Shown: positions 19,420 to 30,941, numbered from the stretch's first letter. The stretch: DNA of 40,887 nt from an uncultured Enterobacterales bacterium (GCA_964554315.1 CAZKOI010000004.1:1-40887), one strand, 5' to 3'. The notes: generated from the sequence alone by a model not told the origin. Program-made: numbers and translations.

Positions 19420-20295
19420 ATGGCGGTACTCGTTGACAACAACACCCGACTGATCTGCCAGGGAATCACTGGCGGTGCAGGGTCTTTTCACTGCGGCCAG
19501 ATGCTGGACTACGGCACCAACCTCGTCGGAGGCGTCACCCCCGGCAAGGGCGGTCAGTTCTTCAACGGCAGCGTCCCCATCTTCAACACCGTCGAAGATG
19601 CTCGGGCGGCCACCGATGCGAACGCGTCGGTGATTTTTGTCCCGCCTCCCTTTGCGGCCGACGCAATCTGCGAGGCCGTCGATGCCGGGATTCGGTTGAT
19701 CATCGTGATCACCGAGGGCATCCCCGCGAACGATATGGCTCGAGCTTGGGCCTACATGAAGGGTAGAGACGTTCGCATGATCGGTCCAAACTGCCCCGGA
19801 ATCATTACGCCTGGGCAGTGCAAGATTGGCATCATGCCCGGGCACATTCACACCCCCGGCCGGATTGGTGTTGTGAGTCGTTCCGGCACCCTGACCTACG
19901 AAGCGGTGGGGCAACTCTCGGCCGTCGGCCTTGGCCAGTCCACCTGCATTGGCATCGGCGGCGACCCCATCATCGGCACCAACCACACCGATGCGCTCAA
20001 GCTCTTCAATGACGATCCGGACACCGATGCCGTGATCATGATCGGGGAAATCGGCGGCTCAGCTGAGGAAGAGGCGTGCGCGTGGGCCAAGGACAACATG
20101 AAGAAGCCGGTGGTCGGCTTCATCGCGGGAGCCACGGCCCCTCCTGGGCGCCGCATGGGTCACGCCGGGGCCATCATCTCAGGCGGACAAGGGACCGCAG
20201 AGGCGAAGTTTCAGGCAATGGAAGCCGCTGGAATCCACGTCGTTCGCAGCCCCTCCGAGATGGGCTTGAAGATGAAGGAAGTCCTCGGACTGTAG
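19420..20295 (+). CDS. sucD: Succinyl-CoA synthetase alpha subunit
   Basis: [45 protein letters not shown] (phospho-His). Confidence 0.97.
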   Translation: MAVLVDNNTRLICQGITGGAGSFHCGQMLDYGTNLVGGVTPGKGGQFFNGSVPIFNTVEDARAATDANASVIFVPPPFAADAICEAVDAGIRLIIVITEGIPANDMARAWAYMKGRDVRMIGPNCPGIITPGQCKIGIMPGHIHTPGRIGVVSRSGTLTYEAVGQLSAVGLGQSTCIGIGGDPIIGTNHTDALKLFNDDPDTDAVIMIGEIGGSAEEEACAWAKDNMKKPVVGFIAGATAPPGRRMGHAGAIISGGQGTAEAKFQAMEAAGIHVVRSPSEMGLKMKEVLGL

Positions 20296-20312
20296 AACTT
20301 TTCCATAGGCTA

Positions 20313-20355
20313 ACCAATAAAAACCCCCCGACGATTCGGGGGGTTTTTATTTGGT
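20313..20355 (+). terminator. Bidirectional-type intrinsic terminator after sucD
   Basis: AATAAAAACCCCCCG-ACGATT-CGGGGGGTTTTTATT. Confidence 0.92.
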
Positions 20356-20397
20356 TTTCGGCTTTTTTGTGAGGTTTTGTTAATGTGTTTTCAATAT
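20354..20397. promoter_or_regulatory. Candidate CarH/LitR-type operator (11-bp phased direct repeats) next to a TTGACA box at 20404-20409
   Basis: GTTTTCGGCTT / TTTTGTGAGGT / TTTGTTAATGT / GTTTTCAATAT; the third unit's reverse complement ACATTAACA matches AnnTnnACA. Confidence 0.4.
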
Positions 20398-20457
20398 TGA
20401 GGGTTGACACAGCAATGTTTTGCGAGCATTTTCCCGGCGTCAACCACGAGGTGACCT

Positions 20458-20667
20458 ATGGAAACCATCACGAACCCCGTCCTCATTGATGCCGCCTTGA
20501 CCATCATCATGGCGCTTGCTCTCATTGGCGGCACCGCCGCCGCGCTGTGGCTGCTGCCCTGGAGCGACCAAGCCATACGGTCCGTGGACAAGAGCTTGAA
20601 TCCGGTCGACCTGACGGAGGAGGTTCCCCTCCCGCGTCTAGCCGTTCCTCGCTCCCAGCTGGGGTAG
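20458..20667 (+). CDS. Small single-pass membrane protein (69 aa)
   Basis: GAGGTG SD, ATG, one strongly hydrophobic helix ending LWLLPW; 3' end overlaps the convergent regulator gene by 30 nt. Confidence 0.7.
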   Translation: METITNPVLIDAALTIIMALALIGGTAAALWLLPWSDQAIRSVDKSLNPVDLTEEVPLPRLAVPRSQLG

Positions 20668-21549
20668 CCGATCCGCAAGGAAGGCCGAGAAGTCCTCCAG
20701 CGACCGGAACGTGTGAGAGCCCTCAATACCCTCGGCGCCCTCACCCCCGAGCCATATCTCGACCCCACGAGGCAAGAGACCCCGAAGCTCCGCTACCGTC
20801 TTCTCATTGTCATCGGTCGATGAGAAGGCCGACATCGAGAGGCACACGGCTGACGCTCCCACCCAAGTCGAGGCCGCTGAGACGGCGGAGGGTGGCGAGT
20901 CTGCCCCGATAAAGACGACCCGATATCCGCCCAACACAAGGCAACACGCCACGAGATGGAGACCCAGCGCGTGACTCTCTCCGACTGGCGTGGCACATAC
21001 GACAGCGGGGCCCTTGGCCTCGGCGTTGAAGACTCGCCACTCAGAGGCGAGAAAGTCGCGGAGCACCTCGGACGCAAAGTGCTCGTGTTCAATCTCAATC
21101 TCACCGGAAGCCCACCACTGACCGAGTTCCGACAGGAGCTCGCCCGCCCGTGAGTGCACGAAGCTACGGAGCCCTGACTCCGCAACCTCGGATCGGAAGC
21201 TCCGAAAGAGGCCATCCGCGTCAAACTCTCGGGTGCAGCGCAGAAACTCTTCCGTGCCTGACCTCACTCGCGAGCCCCGCATCGGCACGACCGGGCCGGG
21301 AGGCGGAAGCAGGGCCTCCAGCTGGACCTTGGTCATCTCAAGCACCTGGGCTGGGCGATGCCCAAGCCGGATGGCGCGGGAGACCAAGGTTAGAAACTCC
21401 ACGACCTCCTGGCCGTATACGCGGTGACCGCCGTCGGTTCTCTCCGGCTTTGGGTACCCGTAGCGCCGTTCCCAGTTTCTGAGCGTACCCTCCGACAAGC
21501 CCACCGCCTTAGCGACGGCTCCGATGCTCATCAGTGGTCCAGTGGTCAT
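20638..21549 (-). CDS. MerR-family cobalamin-binding transcriptional regulator (CarH/LitR-like photoreceptor)
   Basis: HTH SIGAVAKAVGL..TLRNWERRYG and wing RTDGGHRVY; W-x9-EH (WASGEIEIEHEH); ExHxxG (GESHALG); Rossmann tail; CAGGA SD before ATG 21549. Confidence 0.88.
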   Translation of the reverse strand: MTTGPLMSIGAVAKAVGLSEGTLRNWERRYGYPKPERTDGGHRVYGQEVVEFLTLVSRAIRLGHRPAQVLEMTKVQLEALLPPPGPVVPMRGSRVRSGTEEFLRCTREFDADGLFRSFRSEVAESGLRSFVHSRAGELLSELGQWWASGEIEIEHEHFASEVLRDFLASEWRVFNAEAKGPAVVCATPVGESHALGLHLVACCLVLGGYRVVFIGADSPPSAVSAASTWVGASAVCLSMSAFSSTDDNEKTVAELRGLLPRGVEIWLGGEGAEGIEGSHTFRSLEDFSAFLADRLPQLGARNG

Positions 21550-21582
21550 GTTATCCTGCCTGCTCGAGAAGGTGTTTCGGTA

Positions 21583-21588
21583 ATTATA
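21583..21588 (-). promoter_or_regulatory. Candidate -10 box (TATAAT) of the CarH-like gene
   Basis: Perfect TATAAT on the minus strand ~34 nt before the ATG, in an AT-rich divergent intergenic region. Confidence 0.5.
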
Positions 21589-21644
21589 TAGCATTTGATT
21601 ACTTTTTACGACACCGAAAACCGTATTTGCCGCAAGCCTAGAAC

Positions 21645-21666
21645 TTTGATAAACTTTTGAACATGT
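21645..21666. promoter_or_regulatory. Candidate CarH-type operator: two tandem 11-bp repeats over the TonB receptor start
   Basis: TTTGATAAACT / TTTGAACATGT, resembling TTTGTTAATGT at 20376. Confidence 0.45.
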
Positions 21667-24299
21667 TTGTGGCGCTAGTGATGTGCGGCATCGCCGTTGC
21701 CGACCCCGTCGTAGACTCCCCTCCCGGAGCCGACTCCGGTCCGTCTTCGGAGACACCAGCAGAAGACATCGAGGCCACGCCCGAGCCGGACGCTCGAGAG
21801 GATGCCTCACCCCAAGCCGCCATGACCGGTCCAGTGCCGATCTTCACCCCACCCCCCGTGTACCCCCCCGATGCTCTGGCGGCAGGCGCCGGGGGAAGCG
21901 TCCTCCTCTCTCTCGAGATTGACGAGGAGGGGGCCGTCATCGCCGTCGAAGTCCTGGACGCCGATCGCCAGGACTTCGCCGCCGCCGCCGCACTCAATGC
22001 ACGCTCATTCCGCTTCTCTCCGGCCACACTCACGGATGGGTCGTCAGTGGCGGTCACCATTCAGTATCGCACGGTGTTCGAAGCAGAGAAGGCAGCGCCA
22101 ATCTCGGTGGAAGGCTTCGTTCGCGAGGCGGGCCCTCGAATCCCGCTTCGCGGTGCTTCTGTCATGGCCCTCAGTGCCGAAGGGGAGCGCGTCCTCACAG
22201 AGACAGACGATGCTGGAGGCTTCAAGATGGCCGGCCTCGACCCGGGTCCCTGGACCGCTCGTGTCTCGGCACCGGGCCATGTAACCGATACCTTCGAGTT
22301 CACCGTCGAGCCCGGCCAGGTCGCATCGGTCAAGGCATTTCTGGTCCGGGACGAGGTCCGTACAGGCCAAGTGGCCGACCAAGAAATCGTGATCGTCGCG
22401 GTCGCACCGGAGACCGAGGTTACCGAGCGAAGACTGACCCGGGAGGAGGTCCGGTACCTACCCGGAACAGGTGGGGACGTCGTGAAGGTGGTCCAGAACC
22501 TTCCGGGGGTAGCCCGGTCTCCCTTCGGTACCGGCAACCTTCGCATTCGAGGAACAGCCCCAGAGGACTCCCTGTACTATCTCGACGGCGGACGCATCCC
22601 CATCGTGTTCCACTTCGCAGGACTCACCACGGTTCTGGCATCGGACTTCCTCGAAGAAGTGGCCTACCTCCCGGGAAGCTACACCGTGCGGTACGGGCGT
22701 GCCCTCGGTGGCCTCGTCGACCTTCGAACCGAGCGACGCCTCCCCGAGCGTTCGAGTGGCTACGCATCGGTGGATGTCTTTCAGGCCTCTCTCTATGTGC
22801 AGCAGGTGATCGGTAACCGAGATGCTGTGACCGTCTCGGCTCGCCGCTCTTACGCCGATGCCGTCCTCAACCCCATCCTCAACAAGGGAGACCTCACGGT
22901 CCAAGCCCCTCGCTATTATGATGTGCAGGCTCGCTGGTCGCGCAAGCTCGACAGCGGATGGACCGACCTCCTCCTTTTTGTGTCTGACGACCGATTTCGC
23001 TTCTTGGGGCAGGGTGAAGACGAGGTGGTCCTAGCCGGCTACGCCACGCAGTTTCAGAAGGCACGGTGGTTGACCAACTGGGACCTCGGGTCCGGCCGCA
23101 GCCTCGAGGTCTCCGTCGTCATGGGTCCGGAGAAGAAGTTCTTCGAGAATGATGGAAGCAGCCAAGCCTACGAGCGCGAGGCTCGGATCTCCACTCGCCT
23201 CGAGTACAAGCAAGAAGAGACCCAGACACGCGATATCGGGTGGCTGGTCGGCACGGACCCCAACTTCAACCGCACGTCGTTTCTCTATGACATCGCCGGC
23301 CCCCCTGAGCGGGCCGTGTCAACCAACCGCTGGGCACCGAAGGAAGAGGGCGCAGAGAACATCTGGCAGCCGAGCATCTACGGCGAGGTCTCCGCACGCC
23401 TGGGCGCCTTTAAGCTCCTCCCTGGTCTGCGGGCCGACGCCCAAATCACCGATGCCGCTACGGTGGTCAGCGTCGATCCCCGCCTGAGGACCGTGTGGGA
23501 GGTCAGTGATCGCACCACGCTCAAGGCCGGCGGGGGTCTGCACACACAGGCACCGACCTCAAGGCAGCTCAGCCCAAGCTCAGACGGCAACCCCGACCTC
23601 GCTGCCGAGAAGGCCTATCAATACAGCCTCGGCGTCAAGCAGGTGATCAACCCCTGGCTGGATGTCGACCTGACCGGCTTCTACCACCACCTGACGGACC
23701 TTATATCGGGACGCGAGGACCGCTTCTTTTTCTACTCCGGACCTCCTCCTGTGGGCCCCTACGACACCGACCCGTACGCCAACGATGGGACGGGGCGAAC
23801 CTTCGGCGTGGAGTTTTTAGCCAACGTGAAGACGGAGACTACCAACGGCTTTCTCTCGGCAACGTGGAGCCACTCCGACCGCGTCAAGCGACCGGGGGGT
23901 GAGCGAACCCTGTTTCCCTACGACCAGCCCCTCGTCGTCAACGCCCTTGTGTCGCAGAAGCTGCCTAAGCGGTGGCGCATTGGTGCCCGAGTCCGGTACG
24001 GATCCGGGAACCCCTACACGCCCGTCGAGAATCGCATCTTCAACCACGACCGACGGGAGTTCATTCCCGTCTATGGCGAGCGAGACAGCGGACGTCTGCC
24101 TCCGTTCTTCTCCCTCGATATTCGCATCGACAAAGACTACGTCTTCAAGAAGTGGACCTTGACCACCTACCTCGACCTCCAGAACGCCACCTACGCGAAG
24201 AATGTGGAGAATCTGGGTTATTCGTACGACTACCGGGAGGAGGAGCCCACCTTGAGCTCTCCTCCCCTACCGGCCTTCGGGCTGCGGGGTGAATGGTGA
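21663..24299 (+). CDS. TonB-dependent receptor with N-terminal TonB_C-like and carboxypeptidase-regulatory-like domains
   Basis: Signal peptide; PVYPPDA..AG..GSV.L.L.IDEEG.V (TonB C-domain); TDDAGGF; plug LPGTGGDVVKVVQNLPGV..IRG, RYGRALGG; barrel ending GLRGEW; start at 21663 or 21657. Confidence 0.9.
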   Translation: MFVALVMCGIAVADPVVDSPPGADSGPSSETPAEDIEATPEPDAREDASPQAAMTGPVPIFTPPPVYPPDALAAGAGGSVLLSLEIDEEGAVIAVEVLDADRQDFAAAAALNARSFRFSPATLTDGSSVAVTIQYRTVFEAEKAAPISVEGFVREAGPRIPLRGASVMALSAEGERVLTETDDAGGFKMAGLDPGPWTARVSAPGHVTDTFEFTVEPGQVASVKAFLVRDEVRTGQVADQEIVIVAVAPETEVTERRLTREEVRYLPGTGGDVVKVVQNLPGVARSPFGTGNLRIRGTAPEDSLYYLDGGRIPIVFHFAGLTTVLASDFLEEVAYLPGSYTVRYGRALGGLVDLRTERRLPERSSGYASVDVFQASLYVQQVIGNRDAVTVSARRSYADAVLNPILNKGDLTVQAPRYYDVQARWSRKLDSGWTDLLLFVSDDRFRFLGQGEDEVVLAGYATQFQKARWLTNWDLGSGRSLEVSVVMGPEKKFFENDGSSQAYEREARISTRLEYKQEETQTRDIGWLVGTDPNFNRTSFLYDIAGPPERAVSTNRWAPKEEGAENIWQPSIYGEVSARLGAFKLLPGLRADAQITDAATVVSVDPRLRTVWEVSDRTTLKAGGGLHTQAPTSRQLSPSSDGNPDLAAEKAYQYSLGVKQVINPWLDVDLTGFYHHLTDLISGREDRFFFYSGPPPVGPYDTDPYANDGTGRTFGVEFLANVKTETTNGFLSATWSHSDRVKRPGGERTLFPYDQPLVVNALVSQKLPKRWRIGARVRYGSGNPYTPVENRIFNHDRREFIPVYGERDSGRLPPFFSLDIRIDKDYVFKKWTLTTYLDLQNATYAKNVENLGYSYDYREEEPTLSSPPLPAFGLRGEW

Positions 24300-25123
24300 G
24301 GTTTTGCCTGATGCTGGTGATGGTGGGGTGCGGTGAGACCTCTCCCGAGACACTGATTGATGAGCTTCGGGTGATCGCCAGTGTCGCTGAGCCGCCCGAG
24401 GTTCAGCCTGGAGCGACCTTTGACTTCACCTCCTACGTCGCCAACCCGGATGACCGGGTCGGGGCGATGGCGACCTGGGTCTGCACCAACCTCGGCGAGG
24501 GATGCATCGAGGCGGCAGGTGGCACGGTGAGCCTGGCATCGGCGGCGCTGGAAGGAGAAGCCCAGGTGTGGACCCGGACCTTGGACCTGGCCTCCGCTCT
24601 CGCTCCCGTGGTCGCGGAGGGACCCGTCACCGCGACCCAGGTCTGGACGATGGCCTGTCGGCAGGACACCTGCCCCGTGCTCGATGCGATCGCGTCTCTC
24701 TCTCCCACCGATCCGTGGCCCGAAGAACTCCGCAACGATCTCGCCAACCCCACGACCTGGATGGCGGACCTCCCGATGGCCGACGTTAGCCTGGCCTACC
24801 AATTGCTCACCGCTTCATTCTCCGACGAGCCTCACCAAAATCCGACGCTCACACCTGCCGCCGACATGCCCACGTCGCTCACCAGGGACCAGACCTTCTC
24901 CTTGCCCTTCACGGTCGATGGAGACTTTGCTGAGCAGGCCCAGGTATACGGATCCATCACCGGCGGTGGCTTCAAGATGCCGAGCACGTACGTGGAGGCG
25001 GGTGACACCATCACCCTCGAAGGCACCGCACCAAAAGATGCCGAAGAAGCTCGGATATGGGTCACACTGGTCGATGGCCAGGGCGGGGTCGCGGTGTGGA
25101 CCGAGTCGCTTCCCGTCGAGTGA
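24293..25123 (+). CDS. Lipoprotein partner of the TonB-dependent receptor
   Basis: Lipobox MVGC; LIDELRVIASVAEPPEV and DGQGGVAVW motifs; overlaps the receptor stop. Confidence 0.8.
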   Translation: MVRFCLMLVMVGCGETSPETLIDELRVIASVAEPPEVQPGATFDFTSYVANPDDRVGAMATWVCTNLGEGCIEAAGGTVSLASAALEGEAQVWTRTLDLASALAPVVAEGPVTATQVWTMACRQDTCPVLDAIASLSPTDPWPEELRNDLANPTTWMADLPMADVSLAYQLLTASFSDEPHQNPTLTPAADMPTSLTRDQTFSLPFTVDGDFAEQAQVYGSITGGGFKMPSTYVEAGDTITLEGTAPKDAEEARIWVTLVDGQGGVAVWTESLPVE

Positions 25124-25208
25124 GCCCCCAAACACCCCGCTCTTTGGCGTTACATCTGCTCGGTTATCGGTTAGCGATTCCCACCCACGAGAACCTCGGA
25201 GCAACCGC

Positions 25209-25892
25209 ATGAGCTGGATCAGCCGATTCCTGCGTTCAACCCTTGGGCAGAAGTTCGTGATGGCCTTGTCGGGCCTCATGCTGATCGGCTTTGTGGTCGC
25301 TCACATGCTCGGCAACCTCCAGGCCTTCCTCGGACGCGACGCCCTCAACGACTACGCCGCCCTGCTGCAGGGCAACCAGGGGCTGCTCTGGGTCGCCCGC
25401 ATCGGCCTCATCGGTGCCGTGGGCGCCCACATCTGGAGCGCCTTCAAGCTCACCATGGCCTCAAAGGCCGCGCGACCGGTCAGCTACAAGAAGCGGTCCT
25501 GGTTTGATGAGCGCTACGCCGTTCGGACCATGCGCGTGGGCGGTGTCATCCTGCTGGCGTTCATCGTCTACCACCTGCTGCATCTCACGCTCGGCACGGT
25601 CCACGGGAGCTACAAGCCCTGTGCGGACGTCGGGGGCGTGTTCACCTGCTTCGCCTACGACAACCTGGTGAGTGGACTGAAGCATCCTCTCATCGGCGGC
25701 TTCTACGTGGTGGCCCAGCTCTTCCTTGGGCTCCACATCACCCACGGCTTCTGGTCGATGACCCGCACCCTCGGTCAGGGCAATCCACGCTTTGACAAGC
25801 CCGCTCGGACGATCGCCAGCGCCCTAGGTGTCATCATCACAATCGGCAACTGCTCGATTCCTGTGGCCATCATGGCCGGCATCTTGAGTTGA
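25209..25892 (+). CDS. sdhC: Succinate dehydrogenase cytochrome b558 subunit
   Basis: [20 protein letters not shown], haem-ligand His residues, HITHGFWS; GGAG SD before ATG 25209. Confidence 0.92.
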   Translation: MSWISRFLRSTLGQKFVMALSGLMLIGFVVAHMLGNLQAFLGRDALNDYAALLQGNQGLLWVARIGLIGAVGAHIWSAFKLTMASKAARPVSYKKRSWFDERYAVRTMRVGGVILLAFIVYHLLHLTLGTVHGSYKPCADVGGVFTCFAYDNLVSGLKHPLIGGFYVVAQLFLGLHITHGFWSMTRTLGQGNPRFDKPARTIASALGVIITIGNCSIPVAIMAGILS

Positions 25893-25902
25893 GGGAACGC
25901 AC

Positions 25903-27845
<1,943 letters not shown>

Positions 27846-27849
<4 letters not shown>

Positions 27850-28598
27850 ACCTCAAACTACATGTTTGGCGCCAAAATGGTGCGTCGGAAAAGGGTCACT
27901 TCGAGACCTACGAGGCCACCGATGTTCTCGAGGACATGTCCTTCCTCGAGATGCTCGACGTGGTCAACGACAAGCTCGAAGCCGAGGGCCGGGAGCCCAT
28001 CGCGTTTGAGTCCGACTGTCGAGAAGGCATCTGTGGTGCTTGCGGCTGCATGATCAATGGCCAGCCCCACGGTCACAAGGACAGGACGACGACGTGCCAG
28101 CTGCACATGCGGGAGTTCAACGACGGCGACGAGATCGTCATCGAGCCCTTCCGCGCGAAGGCCTTTCCTGTCATCAAGGACTTGGTCGTCGACCGATCGG
28201 CCTTTGACCGAATCGTGCAGGCGGGTGGCTTCATCACCGCGCGAACGGGGTCGGCACCCGACGCCAACGCCAATCCTGTGGCCAAGGTGGACGCCGACCG
28301 AGCCTTCGATGCGGCCACCTGCATCGGCTGTGGGGCCTGTGTTGCTTCTTGCCCGAACGCTGCCGCCATGCTGTTCACGGGCGCGAAGGTGACCCACTTG
28401 GGCCTCTTGCCTCAGGGCCAGCCCGAGCGCTTCATTCGGGTGGATAAGATGGTCAACCAGATGGACTCCGAGGACTTCGGACACTGCAGCAACTTCGGTG
28501 AGTGCACCCTGGCCTGTCCAAAGTCGATCAGCTTGGACGTCATCTCGCAGATGAATTCCGACTACCTCAAGGCACAGTTCAAGTCTCGCGAGGGCTAA
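27846..28598 (+). CDS. sdhB: Succinate dehydrogenase iron-sulfur subunit
   Basis: [45 protein letters not shown]; ATGA overlap with sdhA. Confidence 0.96.
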
Positions 28599-28652
28599 GA
28601 AGTACGCGCGTCTGGTCATACCCGATGCAATACTGAACCCGCGGAGGACACC

Positions 28653-29084
28653 ATGAAGATTGCTTTATTGGGGCTTATCGTCGCGAGTGGCTGCGGCAGT
28701 GCTGCCGACGACACCCACAGCATGCATCACGACCACGGCGACTCCACCCTGCCGGAGGACTTCGACGATTCCACAGAGAAGACCACCGCATCGGGGATCC
28801 TGGTGACCTACAGCACGGCACCCAATCCCCCTGTGGAGTCCGAGGAATTCAGCGTCATCCTCTCGCACAGCGGCGGTACCATCGTCGCGGTTGATGCGGC
28901 GATGCCAACCCACGGCGGTCACGGAATGAACGTCACTCCTCGCCTGGAGGACGACGGAACGGGAACCGTTGTTGTGAGTCCCTTTCAGTTTCACATGCCG
29001 GGCTATTGGGAGATGGTGGTCGACCTAGAGAACGACGCGGGGCAGGAAGAGCAGGTACGGTTTGACATGGCCTGCTGTGGTTAG
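28653..29084 (+). CDS. YtkA/FixH-like lipoprotein with His/Met/Cys metal-binding motifs
   Basis: GGAGG SD; lipobox ASGC; HSMHHDHG; AMPTHGGHGM; FHMPGYWE; C-terminal MACCG. Confidence 0.78.
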   Translation: MKIALLGLIVASGCGSAADDTHSMHHDHGDSTLPEDFDDSTEKTTASGILVTYSTAPNPPVESEEFSVILSHSGGTIVAVDAAMPTHGGHGMNVTPRLEDDGTGTVVVSPFQFHMPGYWEMVVDLENDAGQEEQVRFDMACCG

Positions 29085-30348
29085 GCTCCTCCTCTTCCTC
29101 GCTCTGTGCAGCTGCGCCGCACAGGATGATGCCGCTAAACCTAGGCAGACGTTCAGCGACGCTCAGATCGAGCGTCTCCTGAGACATCGCTTCGATTCAG
29201 AGCCCGTGTGGGATGAAACCAACCGGGTCTCGGGCGACGCCGCCGCCGAGCGTCTGGGGCAGTATCTCTTCTTCGACCCTGGCCTCTCGGCATCGGGAGA
29301 GCACAGTTGCGCCACCTGCCACCAGCCCGAGCATGGATTCGCTGACCCGGAGCGGCTGTCCACGGCTGTAGGGACACTACTTCGCCACACGCCAACCATC
29401 ATCAACAGCAGCTACAATCGATGGTTTTATTGGGATGGACGCTGCGATACGCTCTGGTGCCAAGCCGCCAGCCCCATCGAAGCCGCACAAGAGCATGGCT
29501 CGAATCGACTCGCCGTTGCTCACCACATCGCGGCCGACGCTGACCTCAGCGAGGCCTACACGGCCGTTTTTGGACCGCTGCCCGACCTCAGCGACACCAC
29601 CCGATTTCCGCTCAATGCGATGCCAGCGGACGATCCTGAGGATCCACTCCACGTGGCCTGGACATCCATGACAGACGAGGATGCCTTCGCAGCAACAGAG
29701 GTGTTCATCAACATCACGAAGGCCATCGCCGCATACGAGGCGGTCCTGATCCAAGGCGATGCTCCGTTCGACCAGATGCTCGAGGCGTTCACGGCGGGCG
29801 ACGCCTCGGGGGGCTCGTCGATCAGCGAGAGCGCAAAGGTCGGCGCCAAGCTCTTTGTGGGCGAGGCCAACTGCTGGGCGTGCCACTCGGGCCCGACCTT
29901 CACGAATCGGGAGTTCCACAACGTCGCCCTGCCCGCCGTCGATGGAATCGACAACGAGAGCGCTGGTCGGTATGACGGGATCGACTCCTTGCTGGCGAAC
30001 CCATTCAACAGCAAAGGCACCTTCAGTGACGACTCTTCTGGGGCTAGCGAGAAGCTCGACCACCTGGTGCAGAGTCCCGAACAGCTCGGTGCATTCAAGA
30101 CACCGTCGCTTCGCAACCTGATGGACACCCCTCCGTACATGCACGGAGGGCACTTCGAGACACTCACCGACGTGGTCACACACTACAGCGAAATGGATGA
30201 CCCCCCAGCCGTCGGGCACCGCGAGGAAATCCTCCTGCCGCAGCTCTGGTCAGAGATGGAAATCACCCATGTCGTGGACTTCCTCGAGAGCCTGCAGGGC
30301 GCCCCTATCGACGCGCAGCTCCTCACGCAGCCCGAGAGTCCGCTCTAG
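29077..30348 (+). CDS. Dihaem cytochrome c peroxidase/MauG/MbnH-family lipoprotein
   Basis: LGQYLFFDPGLS, CATCH, RHTPT, FYWDGR, CWACH, FKTPSLRN, PPYMHGG; lipobox LCSC; start GTG 29077 or TTG 29062. Confidence 0.88.
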   Translation: MVRLLLFLALCSCAAQDDAAKPRQTFSDAQIERLLRHRFDSEPVWDETNRVSGDAAAERLGQYLFFDPGLSASGEHSCATCHQPEHGFADPERLSTAVGTLLRHTPTIINSSYNRWFYWDGRCDTLWCQAASPIEAAQEHGSNRLAVAHHIAADADLSEAYTAVFGPLPDLSDTTRFPLNAMPADDPEDPLHVAWTSMTDEDAFAATEVFINITKAIAAYEAVLIQGDAPFDQMLEAFTAGDASGGSSISESAKVGAKLFVGEANCWACHSGPTFTNREFHNVALPAVDGIDNESAGRYDGIDSLLANPFNSKGTFSDDSSGASEKLDHLVQSPEQLGAFKTPSLRNLMDTPPYMHGGHFETLTDVVTHYSEMDDPPAVGHREEILLPQLWSEMEITHVVDFLESLQGAPIDAQLLTQPESPL

Positions 30349-30941
30349 ATCTCTCGCCGATTGGTGATGGCCCGAGCCACGGAGCTTCGATCCGCGTACT
30401 CAATCTCTGTTCCAACCGAGATGCCGTGCGCCAAACGGGTCACCTTCACATCGAGGGGGCCGAGAAGCTTCGAGAGATAGAGTGCGGTGGCATCGCCTTC
30501 GACATCGGGGTCGGTGGCGATGATGACCTCCGTGACAGTCCCCTTGCCGACGCGCTCAAGCAAGGAGCCGATGTTGAGCTCGTCCGGACCCACTCCGTCC
30601 AGCGGGGCGATGGCGCCACCCAACACATGATAGCGACCACCGAACTCCCCCGCTGCCTCGATCGCCTTCACATCCTGCGGTCGCTCGACGACGCAGATCA
30701 GACCGGTTTCCCGCCTCGGGTCTGCACACATTGGGCAAGGATCTACGGCGGAGACATCACCGCATACGGTACAGCGCAGCATCGCGGCGGGCAATGCGGT
30801 GAGCGCGGCCCCAATCTCAGCGGAGACCTCCGGCGGCTGTCTCAGCAGCCAATAGACCAGGCGAGTCGCACTCCGCTCGCCCACGCCCGGAAACCGCTTC
30901 AGCTGAGCGATGGCCATCTTGAGGGGGTCGACCGTTTCCAT
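30345..30941 (-). CDS. recR: Recombination mediator RecR
   Basis: FPGVGERSATR, C4 zinc finger (CTVC...CPMC), ICVVE, YHVLGG, EVIIATDPDVEGDATA, TRLAHG. Confidence 0.96.
   Translation of the reverse strand: METVDPLKMAIAQLKRFPGVGERSATRLVYWLLRQPPEVSAEIGAALTALPAAMLRCTVCGDVSAVDPCPMCADPRRETGLICVVERPQDVKAIEAAGEFGGRYHVLGGAIAPLDGVGPDELNIGSLLERVGKGTVTEVIIATDPDVEGDATALYLSKLLGPLDVKVTRLAHGISVGTEIEYADRSSVARAITNRREI

Noticed and set aside
21550-21662. Cobalamin riboswitch upstream of the TonB receptor
   Set aside because: The region is only ~110 nt, AT-rich, and has no B12-box or GGGAA/GCCACTG elements
28612-28630. TGGTCATACCCGATGCA as a sigma54 promoter for the YtkA-like gene
   Set aside because: GG-to-GC spacing is 11 nt rather than the required 10
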